Assembly (NCBI GenBank): GCA_964619725.1
Contig: CAZUFC010000020.1
Span: 54,945-81,140 of the forward strand
DNA length: 26,196 nt
Reading direction: 5' to 3'
From: an uncultured bacterium
GTDB lineage: Bacteria > CSSED10-310 > CAZUFC01
In this document: in pieces, positions 24,215-26,196 of the stretch
Position numbering within the stretch: position 1 is the first letter of the stretch
How the letters are laid out: each line of letters begins with the position of its first letter
Program-made: the position numbers and the translations under genes
Notes under the pieces: generated by a model
Databases searched by the model: none
Seen by the model: only the letters and a program-made list of their open reading frames with translations
What the model was told of the DNA's origin: nothing

Positions 24215-25996
24215 ATGACTAAAAGCCTGGAAGAAAACATAAAGGATTTGAAATATGCTGATGATTGGCGTGAACGACGTCTGGCAGCGGTTAGACTCGG
24301 TTATTTCACGGAACAAGCTGCAGTTCAGGCGCTCAAAGCCGCGCTGAACGACCCTGATGACGAAGTGCAGCACGGCGCTGTCGTTGCGCTGGGACGTCTG
24401 GGCGATCCGTCAGTCATTGACGAAATTTACACCGCCCGCATTATGAATGCTGAGGACCCCAAGCTTCGATGGGCCGCCATAAAAGCTTTGAGCCGGTTTG
24501 ACGAACCCAGGGTGCTCGAATACATCGCAACCAAAGTGCATGATGAAGACTGGATGGTTAGAAATGAGAGCATCTCTGCGTTGGAGAAAAAAATAGAGAG
24601 CCTGGTTGCGGAAAAATCGCCGGATTCGGCCAAAGCCCTTTTGCGCTTGTTATCCGTTGAAAACCGTGAATTGCACAACAAAATTGTGGATGGTCTCTGC
24701 CGCGTCGGTTCCCAAATAAAAGACCAGTTGCTGGATGCTCTGGAATCTCAAAGCGATTCCGTGAGACTCGGAGTCATTGAAGCCATAGGACACTTGCGGG
24801 AAGAGCGGGCTGTTCCGGGGTTGATTAAAGCGTTGAAAGACGACGATGCCGAAATACGCCGGAACGCTGTAGCGGCATTGGGAGAAATAAGGAGTCACCA
24901 GGCCCTCAAGGATTTGATCGAAATGTTATGCGACAACTCGCCGGAAGTCAGGGAGGCGGCCAAAGAATCCATTTCCAGATACGGCAAACGCGCCGTGAAA
25001 GGCCTGTTGACCAGTCTCCAGTATGTCAAAAACAGAACTCATGTCCAAAAAACTCTGGAAACATTGGGGCTTATCCAGGCCCCGGAATCCGTCAAAGCCC
25101 TTATCGAACACCTCGGAGACTCCTACTACGTCAATCGTAAAGCCGCCATCAATGCTCTCGTTCCCTTCGGCGAAAGAATAGTCGATGAACTCATGGAATA
25201 TCTCGCTCCCGTTGACGTATCCATTCAACCTTTCCTGGATATACTCGACAGAGAAACAAATAAACATGTTATCGTTCGCGTCGTCAGAGCCCTCGGAGAA
25301 CTGAAAAAACATGTCGCCGTAAAAACTTTGAAGAAAATGCTGGAGGATTGTCCGCCGGATATCGCTCACGAAGTTGAAACCGCGCTCGAAAAAATCGGTT
25401 GCGCCGCCTGGCGCCGCGCCTCCATTTTAACCGTCCTGGGCGAAATGAATATCCAGAAAACCCTCAACGTCATCATCTATTACCTCGATCATTCCTCGGA
25501 CGACGTCAGAGAAGAAGCCGTCAGGGCACTGGCATCTCTCAAAAACGAACAGGCTATTCAACCTCTCCTGAAAGTAACGCAAAACGATGAAATGGGTTAT
25601 CTGCGCAGAGATGCCCTCAGAGCCGCCTCCGAAATTAAACCCTACGATCAGCAGATTTCCCGACTGGCGCTCTCCCTGCTCCAGGACCCTGACCACAGGG
25701 TTCGCTCCAGAGCTGCAAAAATCCTGGGCAGACACCTTCTGCCGGAATCCATCGTTCCTCTGCTCAAAGCGATGAACGACCCTTACTGGAGCGTTCGCCG
25801 GGATGCTGAAAACGCCCTGCTTAATCTGGGTAAAGAAATAATCCCTCCTCTCAAGGAAATCATTGAAGATTCAACGGAAGACTTGAAGCAGGCAGCAATC
25901 CTGATACTCACCGAACTTCGATGCGAAGAATCCGACAACTTCCTGAAATGCATGGCGGAATCAGGACTGAATGATAAAAAACATTTTGAACATTAA
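24215..25996 (+). CDS. HEAT-repeat (PBS lyase HEAT-like) solenoid protein
   Basis: Many L..AL.D....VR..A..ALG units, e.g. ALNDPDDEVQHGAVVALG, ALKDDDAEIRRNAVAALG, MNDPYWSVRRDAENAL; GAGG upstream. Confidence 0.92.
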   Translation: MTKSLEENIKDLKYADDWRERRLAAVRLGYFTEQAAVQALKAALNDPDDEVQHGAVVALGRLGDPSVIDEIYTARIMNAEDPKLRWAAIKALSRFDEPRVLEYIATKVHDEDWMVRNESISALEKKIESLVAEKSPDSAKALLRLLSVENRELHNKIVDGLCRVGSQIKDQLLDALESQSDSVRLGVIEAIGHLREERAVPGLIKALKDDDAEIRRNAVAALGEIRSHQALKDLIEMLCDNSPEVREAAKESISRYGKRAVKGLLTSLQYVKNRTHVQKTLETLGLIQAPESVKALIEHLGDSYYVNRKAAINALVPFGERIVDELMEYLAPVDVSIQPFLDILDRETNKHVIVRVVRALGELKKHVAVKTLKKMLEDCPPDIAHEVETALEKIGCAAWRRASILTVLGEMNIQKTLNVIIYYLDHSSDDVREEAVRALASLKNEQAIQPLLKVTQNDEMGYLRRDALRAASEIKPYDQQISRLALSLLQDPDHRVRSRAAKILGRHLLPESIVPLLKAMNDPYWSVRRDAENALLNLGKEIIPPLKEIIEDSTEDLKQAAILILTELRCEESDNFLKCMAESGLNDKKHFEH

Positions 25997-26054
25997 TCTA
26001 ATGGAAATGTGACTTCATAGAAAGCGCACACCCATATTCGACAGCAAGCGGCTG

Positions 26055-26076
26055 CGGCATTATGATAAAAATGCCG
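26055..26076. terminator. Hairpin between convergent genes, possible terminator
   Basis: cggcatt-atgataaa-aatgccg followed by an AT-rich tract. Confidence 0.4.
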
Positions 26077-26081
26077 ATTTA

Positions 26082-26196
26082 TTAAATTAAGGCATCGATT
26101 AAGAATGTGTCTTTTGAGGTTAAAATTCTTCCGAATTTCTCATAAGATTGTTCTCTAAGCCATTCAGCTACAGCAGGACCCGTGCATTCATCGACA
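26082..26196 (-). pseudogene. Truncated DUF5615 PIN-like gene entering from the right edge
   Basis: Manual translation VDECTGPAVAEWLREQSYEKFGRILTSKDTFLIDALI-stop. VDECTGPAVA.WLR matches the N-terminus of DUF5615 PIN-like proteins as I recall it, but the frame stops after 37 visible codons. Confidence 0.62.

Noticed and set aside
1081-25775. Numerous short ORF-track entries antisense to or frame-shifted within the called genes (e.g. 17805..18578, 21301..21960, 12283..12741, 24926..25369)
   Set aside because: They overlap genes with clear family motifs and show no recognisable motifs of their own; treated as shadow ORFs.

Overview
Bacterial chromosomal window with no rRNA, tRNA, CRISPR array or intact transposase recognised. 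Left to right: the 5' part of a secreted collagen-like fibre gene missed by the ORF track; a minus-strand ECF transporter module (T, A, S) with a SAM methyltransferase; an SDR; a hotdog thioesterase; a GT-C membrane glycosyltransferase; a DUF362 Fe-S protein; a FetAB-like ABC pair; a repeat-rich intergenic gap; four large minus-strand secreted proteins interrupted by a Uma2 nuclease gene; a plus-strand cluster of acetate kinase, a Cys-rich V4R/MetOD-like protein and a HEAT-repeat protein; and a truncated PIN-like (DUF5615) gene at the right edge. Two observations stand out. (1) A gingipain-type C25 protease and an otherwise unrelated beta-helix protein end in the same ~120-aa domain (about 43/120 identities by my hand alignment), placed where gingipains normally carry the T9SS CTD. 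This is a candidate undescribed sorting/secretion signal; the two neighbouring secreted proteins instead end in IPTL-CTERM-like tails. (2) An apparently intact acetate kinase carries a C-terminal HTH-like extension and is followed by a ligand-binding-type protein and a HEAT protein rather than pta, a candidate regulatory module. All family assignments come from motif recognition by eye; no searches were run.
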